A stretch of 64,000 nucleotides of DNA from an uncultured bacterium. GTDB taxonomy: Bacteria; Babelota; Babeliae; Babelales; Vermiphilaceae. Below the pieces are notes generated by a model. It saw only the letters and a program-made list of their open reading frames with translations. It did not search any database and had not been told where the DNA came from. Within the stretch, counting starts at the first letter, position 1, and the number at the start of each line of letters is the position of its first letter. The position numbers and the translations under genes were made by a program. The stretch covers positions 864,001-928,000 of the forward strand of contig OY969561.1 in the NCBI GenBank assembly GCA_963701085.1, in the 5' to 3' direction. Below, piece by piece: positions 20,535 to 30,064 of the stretch.

Positions 20535-20630
20535 ATGAGCACTGAACAGATCGTATCATGGATATGGTTGATAACATGCTTTGTTATCGGCGCATCTTCT
20601 TGGAAATGGTATTCTCAATCAAAAAAATAA
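20535..20630 (+). CDS. Small membrane peptide (31 aa), putative immunity/accessory
   Basis: aaggt RBS; MSTEQIVSWIWLITCFVIGASSWKWYSQSKK. Confidence 0.5.
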   Translation: MSTEQIVSWIWLITCFVIGASSWKWYSQSKK

Positions 20631-20646
20631 ATTAGTTAGAATTTCT

Positions 20647-21355
20647 ATGAAAAAGGTTTTATACCTATCGTTAATCGTATTTCCCATTTTTTCAATGCAA
20701 TTGGATCTCGTAAGCTCTAAAAGCAAAGTAAATAGATTCCAAGAAAAGTTGTCTAAACAGATAAGTAATATAGATAAAGTGCACATAAAACCGGCATCAG
20801 TTTTTGTTCCTAATCGATTGGGATCATTAGATCTCTATCATAGCAAAAAAGGTTTCTATGTTCGTCAGAATGACAAGAAACAAACTATTAAGAAGCATTT
20901 CACTGATCCAATTCTTCTGATATCACAAAACCTCAATTGAAAGCCTTTCTAGCGAATGGATATCTTACTATCAATCAAATGGAAGATGGTGAATATTCAC
21001 TTAAAGCTAAAGGACGCATGGTTGGTGGTGGGCCTATCTTAGGTACAATTGCTTACTGGGTAACTAAATCGATATGTTACGGAACAGCAGTTGGGGCTAT
21101 AGGAGCTACTGTTATTGGAACTGGAGGAGCTATTGGGGGAGCTGTTGGAGGAGGAGCGTTTCTTGCCGGAACTGCAGTTACTGGAACGGCCGTCGCTACT
21201 ACTGCAACTACTGCCATAGCTACCACAGCCGGAATTGTTACCGGAATGTCGCAACTTGACCTTCAAACAACAGGAGCAGGGCTTGAAGGAGCAACAATTA
21301 CTGGTGCAGGTTTGGCCGGAACAGCAGCAACGACTACTGCTGCTGTTGTCACTAT
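20647..21355 (+). pseudogene. Array copy 3, -1 frameshift near 20917 and 3' truncation
   Basis: MKKVLYLSLIVFPIFSMQLDLVSS start; gatccaattcttctgatatcaca lacks one base versus copy 1; Gly/Ala tail ends abruptly at ...AAVVT. Confidence 0.7.
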
Positions 21356-21562
21356 AATGATTTCTCTTATAAGGGGCCCCCGAACTGGAGCCACAGCGAA
21401 GTCTGGGGTAAAGTCCGTCTACGCCTTCGATCCGTTTTCGCCTACGGCTTCTTCGGACTCACGCTACTTCGGACAGTCTTCGCTTTCTGCTATCAAACTT
21501 TTTATATTGGCAACAATTATCTTATTGCGGCGCAGCCAGACGAAGCTCGTTAGAGCGAAGAC

Positions 21563-21932
21563 TGGTGGAGGCGATGGGAATCGAACCCATGTCCGCAGAG
21601 CAAGTAACTCCAAGCACTACATGCTTATTCTTTGATTATACTCATACAACACCTCAAAGACACAGCATTGTTGTATAAGACAGCTTGTGATACGTACGCA
21701 AGCTACTAAACAGTTCAATCTCGCTCGGAAGTTCTATCTCTTTATTATACGAATTGGTTCAACTGATAGACACGTCAACCCAATAAGCCAGTTACTTACG
21801 GCTAAGCAAAAGCTGGAGCGAAACTAATAGTTTCTGTCATTTATTGTTTTGATTAATTGTTTTACGAGCACTTAATCAACGCTCGGCATGCTCTCAAAGC
21901 GACCAACAACACGTCGAAGCCAGTACGCCCCC
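21563..21932 (-). ncRNA. ssrA: tmRNA
   Basis: 5' GGGGGCGTACTGGCTTCGAC, 3' GGACATGGGTTCGATTCCCATCGCCTCCACCA, 370 nt, internal frame ending FAPAFA-stop, near smpB. Confidence 0.93.
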
Positions 21933-22000
21933 AAATTTTTCAAAGAATATATGTATTATTCAAATAGTAACAGGCAGCATAAGAATAGTCAACAACACAC

Positions 22001-22180
22001 TTATCTGCTTTCTTTCATCGCCCGGCTTGTTTCCCGCTTAATATCCCAGTCTTTGCTCTCACCGCTCATCCTGCGTGCCCGAAGAAGCCTTGGCGAAGTC
22101 GGGAGCTTGTCGAAAGACGTCTGGCTGCGCCGCATTGAGAGGAAGCTCTTTTTCTTACTCAGTGCCTTTTTTTTTGTTAT
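22001..22180 (-). repeat. Displaced, partly degenerate second copy of the smpB 3' end with a palindromic element inside
   Basis: 22001-22045 encodes DIKRETSRAMKESR-stop, identical to the SmpB C-terminus but with different codons. Confidence 0.8.
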
Positions 22181-22309
22181 TATTCTTTAACACAAGATGA
22201 TAAATTATTTCTTATTTTAATATATGCAAAAAATGTACAAGAAAATTTAACAATGCAAGAAAAAAAAGAACTTAAAGAATTAGTCAATATAATAAAAGGC
22301 AAAACATAA
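22178..22309 (+). pseudogene. C-terminal remnant of RelE/HigB-2-like toxin
   Basis: YYSLTQDDKLFLILIYAKNVQENLTMQEKKELKELVNIIKGKT-stop, TAATG-coupled to the HTH antitoxin; no N-terminal half. Confidence 0.7.
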
Positions 22310-22620
22310 TGGGTAATAAATTTTTCAAAGATTTAAAAAAAGGACTTGAGGAAGTAATTGCTTATCAAAAAGGCAAACTTGATCTTCGATCAGAAGAAAT
22401 CGAAATACCTGAACCGCCAGCTCAATATAAAGCTAAACAAATCAAAAAAATACGAAAACAACATCATTACTCTCAAAGCATATTTGCAAAAGTACTCAAT
22501 GTTAGTATTAGAACTGTACAATCATGGGAGTCAGGAAAACGTATACCAAGTCATGCTGCCTTACGTCTTCTTGAAATAGTTGATAAAGGAATATATTGTC
22601 CCGAAATTTATAAAAAATAA
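22309..22620 (+). CDS. HigA-like XRE-family HTH antitoxin
   Basis: F.DLKKGLEE N-terminus; IKKIR...SQSIFAKVLNVSIRTVQSWESGKRIP HTH. Confidence 0.85.
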   Translation: MGNKFFKDLKKGLEEVIAYQKGKLDLRSEEIEIPEPPAQYKAKQIKKIRKQHHYSQSIFAKVLNVSIRTVQSWESGKRIPSHAALRLLEIVDKGIYCPEIYKK

Positions 22621-22625
22621 TATCT

Positions 22626-23078
22626 TTAGCGGCTTTCCTTCATCGCCCGAGAAGTTTCCCGCTTAATATCCCGCTCCTTGAGCTCTTTTTTCCTATCCGG
22701 TGCCTTTTTATGTTTTGCAACACCAAGCTCAACTTTCATCTTACTTTTGTCATTAAGATAAATACGCAACGGAATCACCGTGATGCCCTTTTGGGCAATT
22801 TCACCAAGCAACTTTAAAATTTGACGTTTATGGAGCAGCAGAACGCGTGTACGCGATGCCATTTCTTCACTTTTTTGATACGCCTTGTCATACGGCGCAA
22901 TGCGACAGTTAACCAATGTTAATTCACCATTACGGATTGCAGCAAAAGAGCCTACCAATGAGACTTGCCCTGCTCGCAATGATTTAACCTCATCACCAGT
23001 GAGCACAATACCTGCTTCAATTTTTTCTAAAATATCGTAATCGTGATATGCTTTTTTATTCTGAGTTATTATTTTCAT
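22626..23078 (-). CDS. smpB: SsrA-binding protein
   Basis: NKKAYHDY, EAGIVLTGDEVKSLR, R.LLLHKRQI. Confidence 0.95.
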   Translation of the reverse strand: MKIITQNKKAYHDYDILEKIEAGIVLTGDEVKSLRAGQVSLVGSFAAIRNGELTLVNCRIAPYDKAYQKSEEMASRTRVLLLHKRQILKLLGEIAQKGITVIPLRIYLNDKSKMKVELGVAKHKKAPDRKKELKERDIKRETSRAMKESR

Positions 23079-23083
23079 GAACT

Positions 23084-23569
23084 TTATCTTGCTGACAATG
23101 TTTTTTTTGATAAATAAATGGCAAAAACTCGCTTCATAGGCGGATAAAGCATAACACTAATACCAGTGGCAAGCAAATTACCCCCAAACAAAAATGCTGA
23201 TAATGATACCCCTGACATGCCGGCATGCTGCTCTAAAAACAGATTGAATGATTCCACCCACGCAGGATCCCAGTTGAGATAATCGATATTAAGAACTTCA
23301 AGGAGCCATTTACCAAAGAAATGATCAAAAGAGTAGATTGGCACCATTGTCCAAGGATTATTAACGAACACAGAAACGGCAAAAAGAGCAGGAATACTCA
23401 GTCTCAGCAACCACCCGAATAAAAGTGTCATAGCTGTGTGAGCACCAATGAGCGGTGAAATAGCAATAAAAACACCCAAAGAGCAGGTTAATGCCAATTT
23501 GTGTGCAGAACTCTGATGCTCTAGCGCCATTAATCGTTCAACTAATGATCGTATCTTTTTACGTACCAT
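23084..23569 (-). CDS. DUF2062-like membrane protein
   Basis: S.HKLA...LGVFIAISP.IG.H, NNPWT motif, several TMs; start reassigned to MVRKK. Confidence 0.75.
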   Translation of the reverse strand: MVRKKIRSLVERLMALEHQSSAHKLALTCSLGVFIAISPLIGAHTAMTLLFGWLLRLSIPALFAVSVFVNNPWTMVPIYSFDHFFGKWLLEVLNIDYLNWDPAWVESFNLFLEQHAGMSGVSLSAFLFGGNLLATGISVMLYPPMKRVFAIYLSKKTLSAR

Positions 23570-23686
23570 ATATAATCCTTTCAATTGCCACAAAGAAGTA
23601 GTATACATTTGAAATTAGAAAATCTTTCAGCTATCCTGATTGTAATCATAAGGACATTCTTTAACTCGAAAAGAAGTAGGAATAAT

Positions 23687-24373
23687 ATGAAAAATATAAA
23701 AACAACGTCCTATAAAGCATTATCTCTTATTTTCACTATTTTTTCAACAGCCTCCCATTCTCTTGCCGCCCCATCCTTAATTGGAGCGACAATTCAATTC
23801 AGTAGAAACTCAACCTTAATACCGATAAATGTTAATTGCGGCGGAGCCCAAATAACAACCACCATTCATGAAACAGCATTGCCAAAAATAACCTTTGAAA
23901 TTCCCAAAGCAACCGATCAGTCACACTTTGAGGTACTGGTGACCTCTGCCAAAATTGATGTACAGCTCAAAAAATTTCCTGACAAAACTGATATTCTTAA
24001 TACCATTGATTACCTCAAAATAGACCCACAATCATCCTATAAATACTACGTTGTTGATCTTATTGAAGATGCTTGGGAAATAAAAGAAGAAACATTACCA
24101 GAAACAGGCCAAATACCTGATAAAGCAATCATGATTGAATGTTACCAAGAATGGATCAGCGGCTTTAAAGGTGGCTCTGGGGTAGAACTTCCAACATTAT
24201 ATATCAATAATGCAGCAAGTGAACGAGGTGAATCAGAAGAAAATTTTGAAGAAGCGCTCATTAAATTAGAACTTACCGCACTTGATTCAAAAATAATCCA
24301 TGCACCAATTAAGCGCCAAATACAAACAGTTTCTGATAAAAAACGCCTCATTATTATGGATACAATAACTTAA
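23687..24373 (+). CDS. Hypothetical secreted protein
   Basis: Start reassigned to MKNIKTT with agga RBS; signal peptide ending SLA. Confidence 0.6.
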   Translation: MKNIKTTSYKALSLIFTIFSTASHSLAAPSLIGATIQFSRNSTLIPINVNCGGAQITTTIHETALPKITFEIPKATDQSHFEVLVTSAKIDVQLKKFPDKTDILNTIDYLKIDPQSSYKYYVVDLIEDAWEIKEETLPETGQIPDKAIMIECYQEWISGFKGGSGVELPTLYINNAASERGESEENFEEALIKLELTALDSKIIHAPIKRQIQTVSDKKRLIIMDTIT

Positions 24374-24414
24374 AAAAGTATTTTAAAATATCTCCCAATG
24401 TCTGATTTCTTAGG

Positions 24415-24489
24415 CGCTCGTCCTGAACTTGTTGAAGGATTTCTTCGAGCGCTCGAGGATATCCTTCGACAGGCTCAGGACGAGCGCGG
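24415..24489. repeat. Palindromic element (simple form, opposite orientation)
   Basis: gcgctcgtcctgaacttgttgaaggatttcttcgagcgctcgaggatatccttcgacaggctcaggacgagcgcgg. Confidence 0.88.
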
Positions 24490-24533
24490 GGTGAGAAATA
24501 CTTAAAAGACTATTCTAAAAAAATTAAGGTTTC

Positions 24534-25562
24534 ATGAAACAACCAATTATAACTCTCGGCATTGAAACTTCATGCGATGAAACAGCTGCTGCCGTCTACC
24601 ATAGCACACAAGGGCTTCTTTCCAGCGCGCTGTATTCGCAAATAGAGCTCCATAAAAACTTTGGTGGCGTTGTACCAGAACTTGCATCACGCTCACAACT
24701 AGAAAAAATTGGCCCCATCGTAGAAGAGGCACTTATCCGCGCAAACACAACATTAGACGATATTGATGTTATTGCCGTCACCAACAAACCAGGACTACCA
24801 GGATCATTGCTTGTTGGTATCTGTTTTGCAAAAGCGCTCGCGTACTCTCAGCACAAAAAACTAATTGGCGTTAATCATCTTGAAGGGCATGCATTTTCTG
24901 CATCAATAGAACACGATGTACCTTTTCCACATCTCTGTCTTACCGCATCAGGAGGCCACACATCACTCTATCTCATGAAAAATTTTGGTGACTACACAGT
25001 TCTTGGAGAAACACAAGACGATGCTGCCGGTGAGGCGTTTGATAAAATTGCAAAATTAATGAACTTACCATACCCCGGTGGACCAGTTATTGAAAAGCTT
25101 GCACGTGAAGTTAACTTTCAAGATTTTTTCCATTACCCACGCAGCAAACATAAAACTTTAGATTTCAGTTTTTCAGGACTAAAGACTGCGGTGTTGTATG
25201 ATATGGTTAAACAAGGCGCCTACAATCTCGCCACAAAAACATTCTTACGCCCTCATGATGAACAGTTTAAAAAAGAAGTAGCAAGCTCATTACTCGTTTG
25301 TATAGCGGATATTTTTGAACAAAAACTTGCCCTCGCATTAGACCTGCATCCACATATCAAAGCAATCACCTTTGTTGGTGGTGTTGCATGTAATGCATAT
25401 ATCACTGAACGTCTTAAAACTTTCTCTTCTTCACACAACATTCCTTTTTTCCACCCATCACGTGCCTTTTGCACTGATAATGCCGCAATGATTGCATTTG
25501 TTGGCAACTATAAAGCACAACAAGGTTTATTTGCAAACTTCACCCTTGATATTGGTGAGTAA
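24534..25562 (+). CDS. tsaD: tRNA N6-adenosine threonylcarbamoyltransferase
   Basis: LGIETSCDET, GGVVPELASR, NHLEGH, SGGHT, DDAAGEAFDK, FSFSGLKT, TDNAAMIA. Confidence 0.96.
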   Translation: MKQPIITLGIETSCDETAAAVYHSTQGLLSSALYSQIELHKNFGGVVPELASRSQLEKIGPIVEEALIRANTTLDDIDVIAVTNKPGLPGSLLVGICFAKALAYSQHKKLIGVNHLEGHAFSASIEHDVPFPHLCLTASGGHTSLYLMKNFGDYTVLGETQDDAAGEAFDKIAKLMNLPYPGGPVIEKLAREVNFQDFFHYPRSKHKTLDFSFSGLKTAVLYDMVKQGAYNLATKTFLRPHDEQFKKEVASSLLVCIADIFEQKLALALDLHPHIKAITFVGGVACNAYITERLKTFSSSHNIPFFHPSRAFCTDNAAMIAFVGNYKAQQGLFANFTLDIGE

Positions 25563-25677
25563 CAACAACATTTATCAATCTTCACTACCAAACCCTTTAC
25601 TATTTCAAATAAAAAATATTATCATGAAATCATGGAATAATAATTTTAGTGTTTGAATTAATAAAAAAGGCAGTAGC

Positions 25678-27021
25678 ATGGGAAAAAAAATCTATTTTCA
25701 ACAATTTACCATCGCAATGGCACTCATATTAATAATTCTAGCCCATGGCACAGCTACAAAGCGTGGCGATGACCTTATTGCATCAATAAAAACTAATATC
25801 AATCAACTTAAGGCTTTACAAGCAGAATCTTCTGACGTAGAGCAAGTCAATTCTCCAGCACTACAAAAAGAACATGAACAGATTTTGAAAGCAATCATAA
25901 ATGATGCGAAACAGTTAGATAATTTTATAAAAACATTGCCGAGCACCGAACAACGCGCATGGCAGAATAAACAGTCCGAAATACTTGAGCCTGCAAAAAA
26001 TATGCTCAAAGGTGCGATTGCAGAAAATATCACCGCAACCTGGCAACAGCAAGGTAAAGCCATTGCCCAAACTGCTTTGGATATTGTTATTGCAGGGGTA
26101 GGAACAGCGGCTATCAATCTCGTTATACAAGGGCTTAAAATAGGAACAGGAAATCTAACAAACCTCGACACCAATACATTGCTCCTCGCTGGTTTAACAT
26201 CAACCTCCGCTGCCGCTTTAACAGCCCTCACCAAAAATCGCAGCACATTTTTACCATCTACATCCGCAAGCGCACTCTCTGAGGCTCTTATTGCTCCATG
26301 CATGATAAGTAATTCTTATGCCATCGCAATGCCATCATTTACTGGGCCAATTACGTATTGGTTAACCACTGAAGCTATTGAAATAGCAACCGCAATGCTA
26401 GAAAAAAGCGGTGGAATAAGTAAAATGCTTGGCAACATAGATCTCAATAAAACAATAATACCAGGATGGAGTAAACAAATAGGAGCTCCTTCCAACATAT
26501 TAGTTGAGGCTGCTTTACCAACCGTACAAGCCGTTGTGAGAAATCAAAAAATAGCTTCCGTGTTAACAGAAGTTGGCTGGATTGTCATACAATCAGCAGC
26601 AGTTGGCGGACTAGTACACATGGCAGGCTTTGGTTATGCCGATACGACAATGATTTCATCTGTTGGCAATGCAGTTTTAACAGGCGTTGCACAGGGCACA
26701 CTTTCAGCCGTTTTAACACTTGCAGCAAAAACATCTCCCGGGGCTATTGTTAATATAACAACAGCATCTGTTGTTCAAAAAGCTTTATTAATTGGTGGCG
26801 AAACCTCACAAGCATCTGCAACTGCCATAATTCAAACAACCCTAAAAGAAGTCTCTAATCTATTCTTGGATGAAAGTAAAAAACAAGGTGGACTACTACA
26901 AACTCTTCAAAAAGGAAAAGAGCTCTTAGGACAAACAATACGCTCACGCTGGAGCAGCACATGGGCAACAATTACCGATGCATGGGCAACAATACAATCA
27001 ATTGAACCGCTTCGGATTTGA
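25678..27021 (+). CDS. Hypothetical secreted protein, coiled-coil plus Ala/Thr-rich hydrophobic region
   Basis: 447 aa, signal peptide, helical N-terminus, several weakly hydrophobic helices. Confidence 0.6.
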   Translation: MGKKIYFQQFTIAMALILIILAHGTATKRGDDLIASIKTNINQLKALQAESSDVEQVNSPALQKEHEQILKAIINDAKQLDNFIKTLPSTEQRAWQNKQSEILEPAKNMLKGAIAENITATWQQQGKAIAQTALDIVIAGVGTAAINLVIQGLKIGTGNLTNLDTNTLLLAGLTSTSAAALTALTKNRSTFLPSTSASALSEALIAPCMISNSYAIAMPSFTGPITYWLTTEAIEIATAMLEKSGGISKMLGNIDLNKTIIPGWSKQIGAPSNILVEAALPTVQAVVRNQKIASVLTEVGWIVIQSAAVGGLVHMAGFGYADTTMISSVGNAVLTGVAQGTLSAVLTLAAKTSPGAIVNITTASVVQKALLIGGETSQASATAIIQTTLKEVSNLFLDESKKQGGLLQTLQKGKELLGQTIRSRWSSTWATITDAWATIQSIEPLRI

Positions 27022-27031
27022 ATACTCAATC

Positions 27032-27071
27032 AAAAAAAAAGGGATCCTGATATAATCAGGACCCTTTTTTG
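27032..27071. terminator. Bidirectional intrinsic terminator
   Basis: A-run + gggatcctgat ata atcaggaccc + T-run between convergent genes. Confidence 0.75.
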
Positions 27072-27083
27072 ATTAATTACGTA

Positions 27084-28688
27084 TTAAATTTCAGCAGTAC
27101 GTTTATTAATAGATTCAAAGAATTCAGCATTCGTTTTGGTCTTCTTCATTTTATCAATCAAGAATTCCATACCTTCAATCGTATTCATGCTAGAAAGTAA
27201 CTTTTGCAAAATCCATACTTTATTAAGTTCTTCTTCAGAAAGTAATAAGTCATCACGACGTGTGCCTGAAATCAATAGGTCAAAGGCAGGGAAGATACGA
27301 CGGTGCGAAAGTTTACGCGTCATATTCATTTCCATGTTACCGGTACCCTTGAATTCTTCAAAGATAACTTCATCCATACGTGAACCGGTTTCAACAAGTG
27401 CCGTTGCTAAAATAGTTAGTGAACCAGCTTCTTCTGTTGCACGCGCTGCACCAAAAAATCTTTTTGGACGTTGCAATGCATGCGCATCAATACCACCCGT
27501 CAGTACTTTTCCTGATGCGGGAGCAACGGTATTATATGCACGAGCAAGGCGCGTAATTGAATCAAGCAAGATAACAACATCACGATTACATTCAACTAAT
27601 CGTTTTGCTTTTTCTAACACAATTTCTGCTACCGCCACATGACGTTCTGCTGATTCATCAAAGGTTGAACTAATAACTTCCGCCATTGTTCCTTTGACAG
27701 TACGGCGCATATCAGCAACTTCTTCAGGACGCTCATCAACACAGAGCACAATAAGATGTGCTTCAGGATGATTAGCAATAATTGCGCGAGCAATTTCTTT
27801 TAAAAGAAGCGTTTTACCAACTTTAGGTGGAGCAACTATCAACCCACGTTGTCCTTTACCAACCGGGGTAAACAGATCAAGAATACGAGTTGAGAGCGCC
27901 ATAGGATCAAATTCAAGATTAAATTTTTGAGTAGGATGTTGCGGACTCAAACTATCAAAATTAGATCTATCGATCATAGACATTGGTTCTGCATAATTTA
28001 CCTGTGATACTTTCAACAGTGCAAAATATTTTTCACCTTCTTTTGGTTTTCTGATCTCACCTTTGATAGTATCGCCGGTACGCAACCCAAAACGTCTAAT
28101 TTGTGATGGAGAAACATAAATATCATCTGGTCCTGAAACGTAATCATACAATGCTGAACGCAAGAAACCAAATCCATCAGGTAATTTTTCAAGAACACCC
28201 TCAACTGCCATTTCAGCATTGGGATTTTCTTCGGCATAACGAACTTTTCTTAATAACTCATCTTTTTTAGTAATCGCTGCACCCATAATACCATAGCGTC
28301 GCGCATATTGAACAAGCTCTGCCAATGATAAATCTTCCAATGGTCGCTTGGTATAGACAGGCCTTTCATGCTGTGCATGAGTATAGGGAGTATTGTTCTG
28401 AGAATATGAGGAAGATGCTTGGCGATTATTATCTTCTCGCTGTTGTTGCTGAGCATGTTGGATATCTCTCCGCTCTTGCAACAGTACATCACGCTCTGAA
28501 ATTTTTTGCTCTGGCACAGGCTGTGCTGCTTCTACCGCATCTGGTTTTTGCTCCACTTTAGGAGCCCTTGGAGCACGCGTACGTGTCGGTTGTGACGACG
28601 ATAGAGGTTGTGCTGTTGTTTTTGCTGCTTCTTGGGTTTCTTCCGTTGAATGTGCAGAATCAGCTGTTTTTATATCGCGAGTTTTCAT
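27084..28688 (-). CDS. rho: Transcription termination factor Rho
   Basis: [68 protein letters not shown]. Confidence 0.97.
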   Translation of the reverse strand: MKTRDIKTADSAHSTEETQEAAKTTAQPLSSSQPTRTRAPRAPKVEQKPDAVEAAQPVPEQKISERDVLLQERRDIQHAQQQQREDNNRQASSSYSQNNTPYTHAQHERPVYTKRPLEDLSLAELVQYARRYGIMGAAITKKDELLRKVRYAEENPNAEMAVEGVLEKLPDGFGFLRSALYDYVSGPDDIYVSPSQIRRFGLRTGDTIKGEIRKPKEGEKYFALLKVSQVNYAEPMSMIDRSNFDSLSPQHPTQKFNLEFDPMALSTRILDLFTPVGKGQRGLIVAPPKVGKTLLLKEIARAIIANHPEAHLIVLCVDERPEEVADMRRTVKGTMAEVISSTFDESAERHVAVAEIVLEKAKRLVECNRDVVILLDSITRLARAYNTVAPASGKVLTGGIDAHALQRPKRFFGAARATEEAGSLTILATALVETGSRMDEVIFEEFKGTGNMEMNMTRKLSHRRIFPAFDLLISGTRRDDLLLSEEELNKVWILQKLLSSMNTIEGMEFLIDKMKKTKTNAEFFESINKRTAEI

Positions 28689-28989
28689 ACAGACCTCCTA
28701 TAAAAGATACTCTGACGGTTGTGCGTCATGCATTATTCCTTGAATTTGTGAAAATAAGATTTAAAAAAAATGATGTACTAGATATGTGAATTTATGTATC
28801 AAAAGTCTACTTCGCTCTAATAAGCTATGAAGACCACGTATGAAAGTGATCATTTTGATCACAAAGCAACCTTTGCATATCAAAATGATCATATTTTTTA
28901 AGTAACTCGTCAATATATTTCAATCCTTCGATACGTTTTGATGACAAAACACTCAGGATGAGCGGGACAAAGTCATGATAAACTCTACT

Positions 28990-29883
28990 TTAAAGCGAAG
29001 CAGGTTGCTTTGGTTGCAATAACATCATAATAGGACTTGCAATATACACAGATGAATATGTACCAAAAATTATTCCAATCAACAATGCAAGTGAAAAATC
29101 TTGCAATGCTTCACCACCAAAAAACAACATTACCAATACCGGCAACCCTGTTGAAATACTCGTCAGCATTGTTCGTCGCAACGTATAATTAAGACTATCA
29201 TTAACAATTGTTTCTAACGCTACGCCTTTTCTTTTCTTCATAAACTCACGTATCTGAGAAAAAATAACAATCGTATCATTAATTGAGTATCCCAAAACCG
29301 TCAATACGGCTGCAATAAAGTTAATTGATATTTCTCGGTCAAGAAACAAAAAAATTGCGAGCATAACAAGCGCATCATGAATAAGTGCCACAATCGCACC
29401 GGTAGCAAACGCAATTGACCAAAAACGCATCGCAATATACATCAACATAAGAATAAGAGCTACAGACATTGCATAAAATGATTTTCCACGCAAATCAGCC
29501 CCAACACCCGCGCCAACACTTTCTGTTTGCAAAATAGTCACGGCATTATCTGGCATTCCTTGCTGTACAGCATCTTTCATGCGTTCACCAAGACCAATTA
29601 TGTCACCTTCAAATTCTTTAACGCGAACAAGAACTTCATTATTGCCAAATTCACGTATACTTGCGTTAGCCCAGCCGTTATCAATAATGATTTGCTTTAC
29701 TTGAGCGCCATCAACTTCATGATCAAACCCAAATAAAACCTGGGTTCCACCCGTAAAATCAACACTGTAACTATATACTGAACCGCGTGTTTGTTGTCGG
29801 TAGATAGCAACTCCTGCAAATGTAACCATCAAACCAAGAGATGCTAAAGCTGTTACTGTACGATATTTCAAAAAATTAATCAT
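28990..29883 (-). CDS. secF: Protein translocase subunit SecF
   Basis: DFTGGT, VGAGVG, HDAL, GYSINDTIVIF, GTYSSVYIA. Confidence 0.93.
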   Translation of the reverse strand: MINFLKYRTVTALASLGLMVTFAGVAIYRQQTRGSVYSYSVDFTGGTQVLFGFDHEVDGAQVKQIIIDNGWANASIREFGNNEVLVRVKEFEGDIIGLGERMKDAVQQGMPDNAVTILQTESVGAGVGADLRGKSFYAMSVALILMLMYIAMRFWSIAFATGAIVALIHDALVMLAIFLFLDREISINFIAAVLTVLGYSINDTIVIFSQIREFMKKRKGVALETIVNDSLNYTLRRTMLTSISTGLPVLVMLFFGGEALQDFSLALLIGIIFGTYSSVYIASPIMMLLQPKQPASL

Positions 29884-30064
29884 CTATGTATCCGTTCTTT
29901 TAGCAGCGTACTGTTTTAAAACCTTTTTTTATCGAATTGTCTTTTTCTAGCAAGCTTTAAACTCTTTTGCAAGAACTTTCTAACTCGCCAGCCTCACCCT
30001 ACCACTTCATCCTTCGCACAAAGCGGAGTTTATCCTGAGCTCTGTCGAAGGGGAGAACAGGCTA

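Noticed and set aside
20120-20545. Cys-rich alternative-frame ORFs (20120..20545, 21074..21259) as RiPP precursors
   Set aside because: They are shifted-frame shadows of Ala/Gly/Thr codons in the real tail frame.
21563-21595. Stand-alone tRNA
   Set aside because: It is the tRNA-like 3' domain of tmRNA.
21356-21635. C-terminal part of ORF 20937..21635 as real protein
   Set aside because: Read-through across hairpin repeats and antisense tmRNA sequence.
21888-22190. 100-aa plus-strand ORF
   Set aside because: Overlaps the tmRNA 5' end antisense, the displaced smpB tail and a palindrome; likely spurious.
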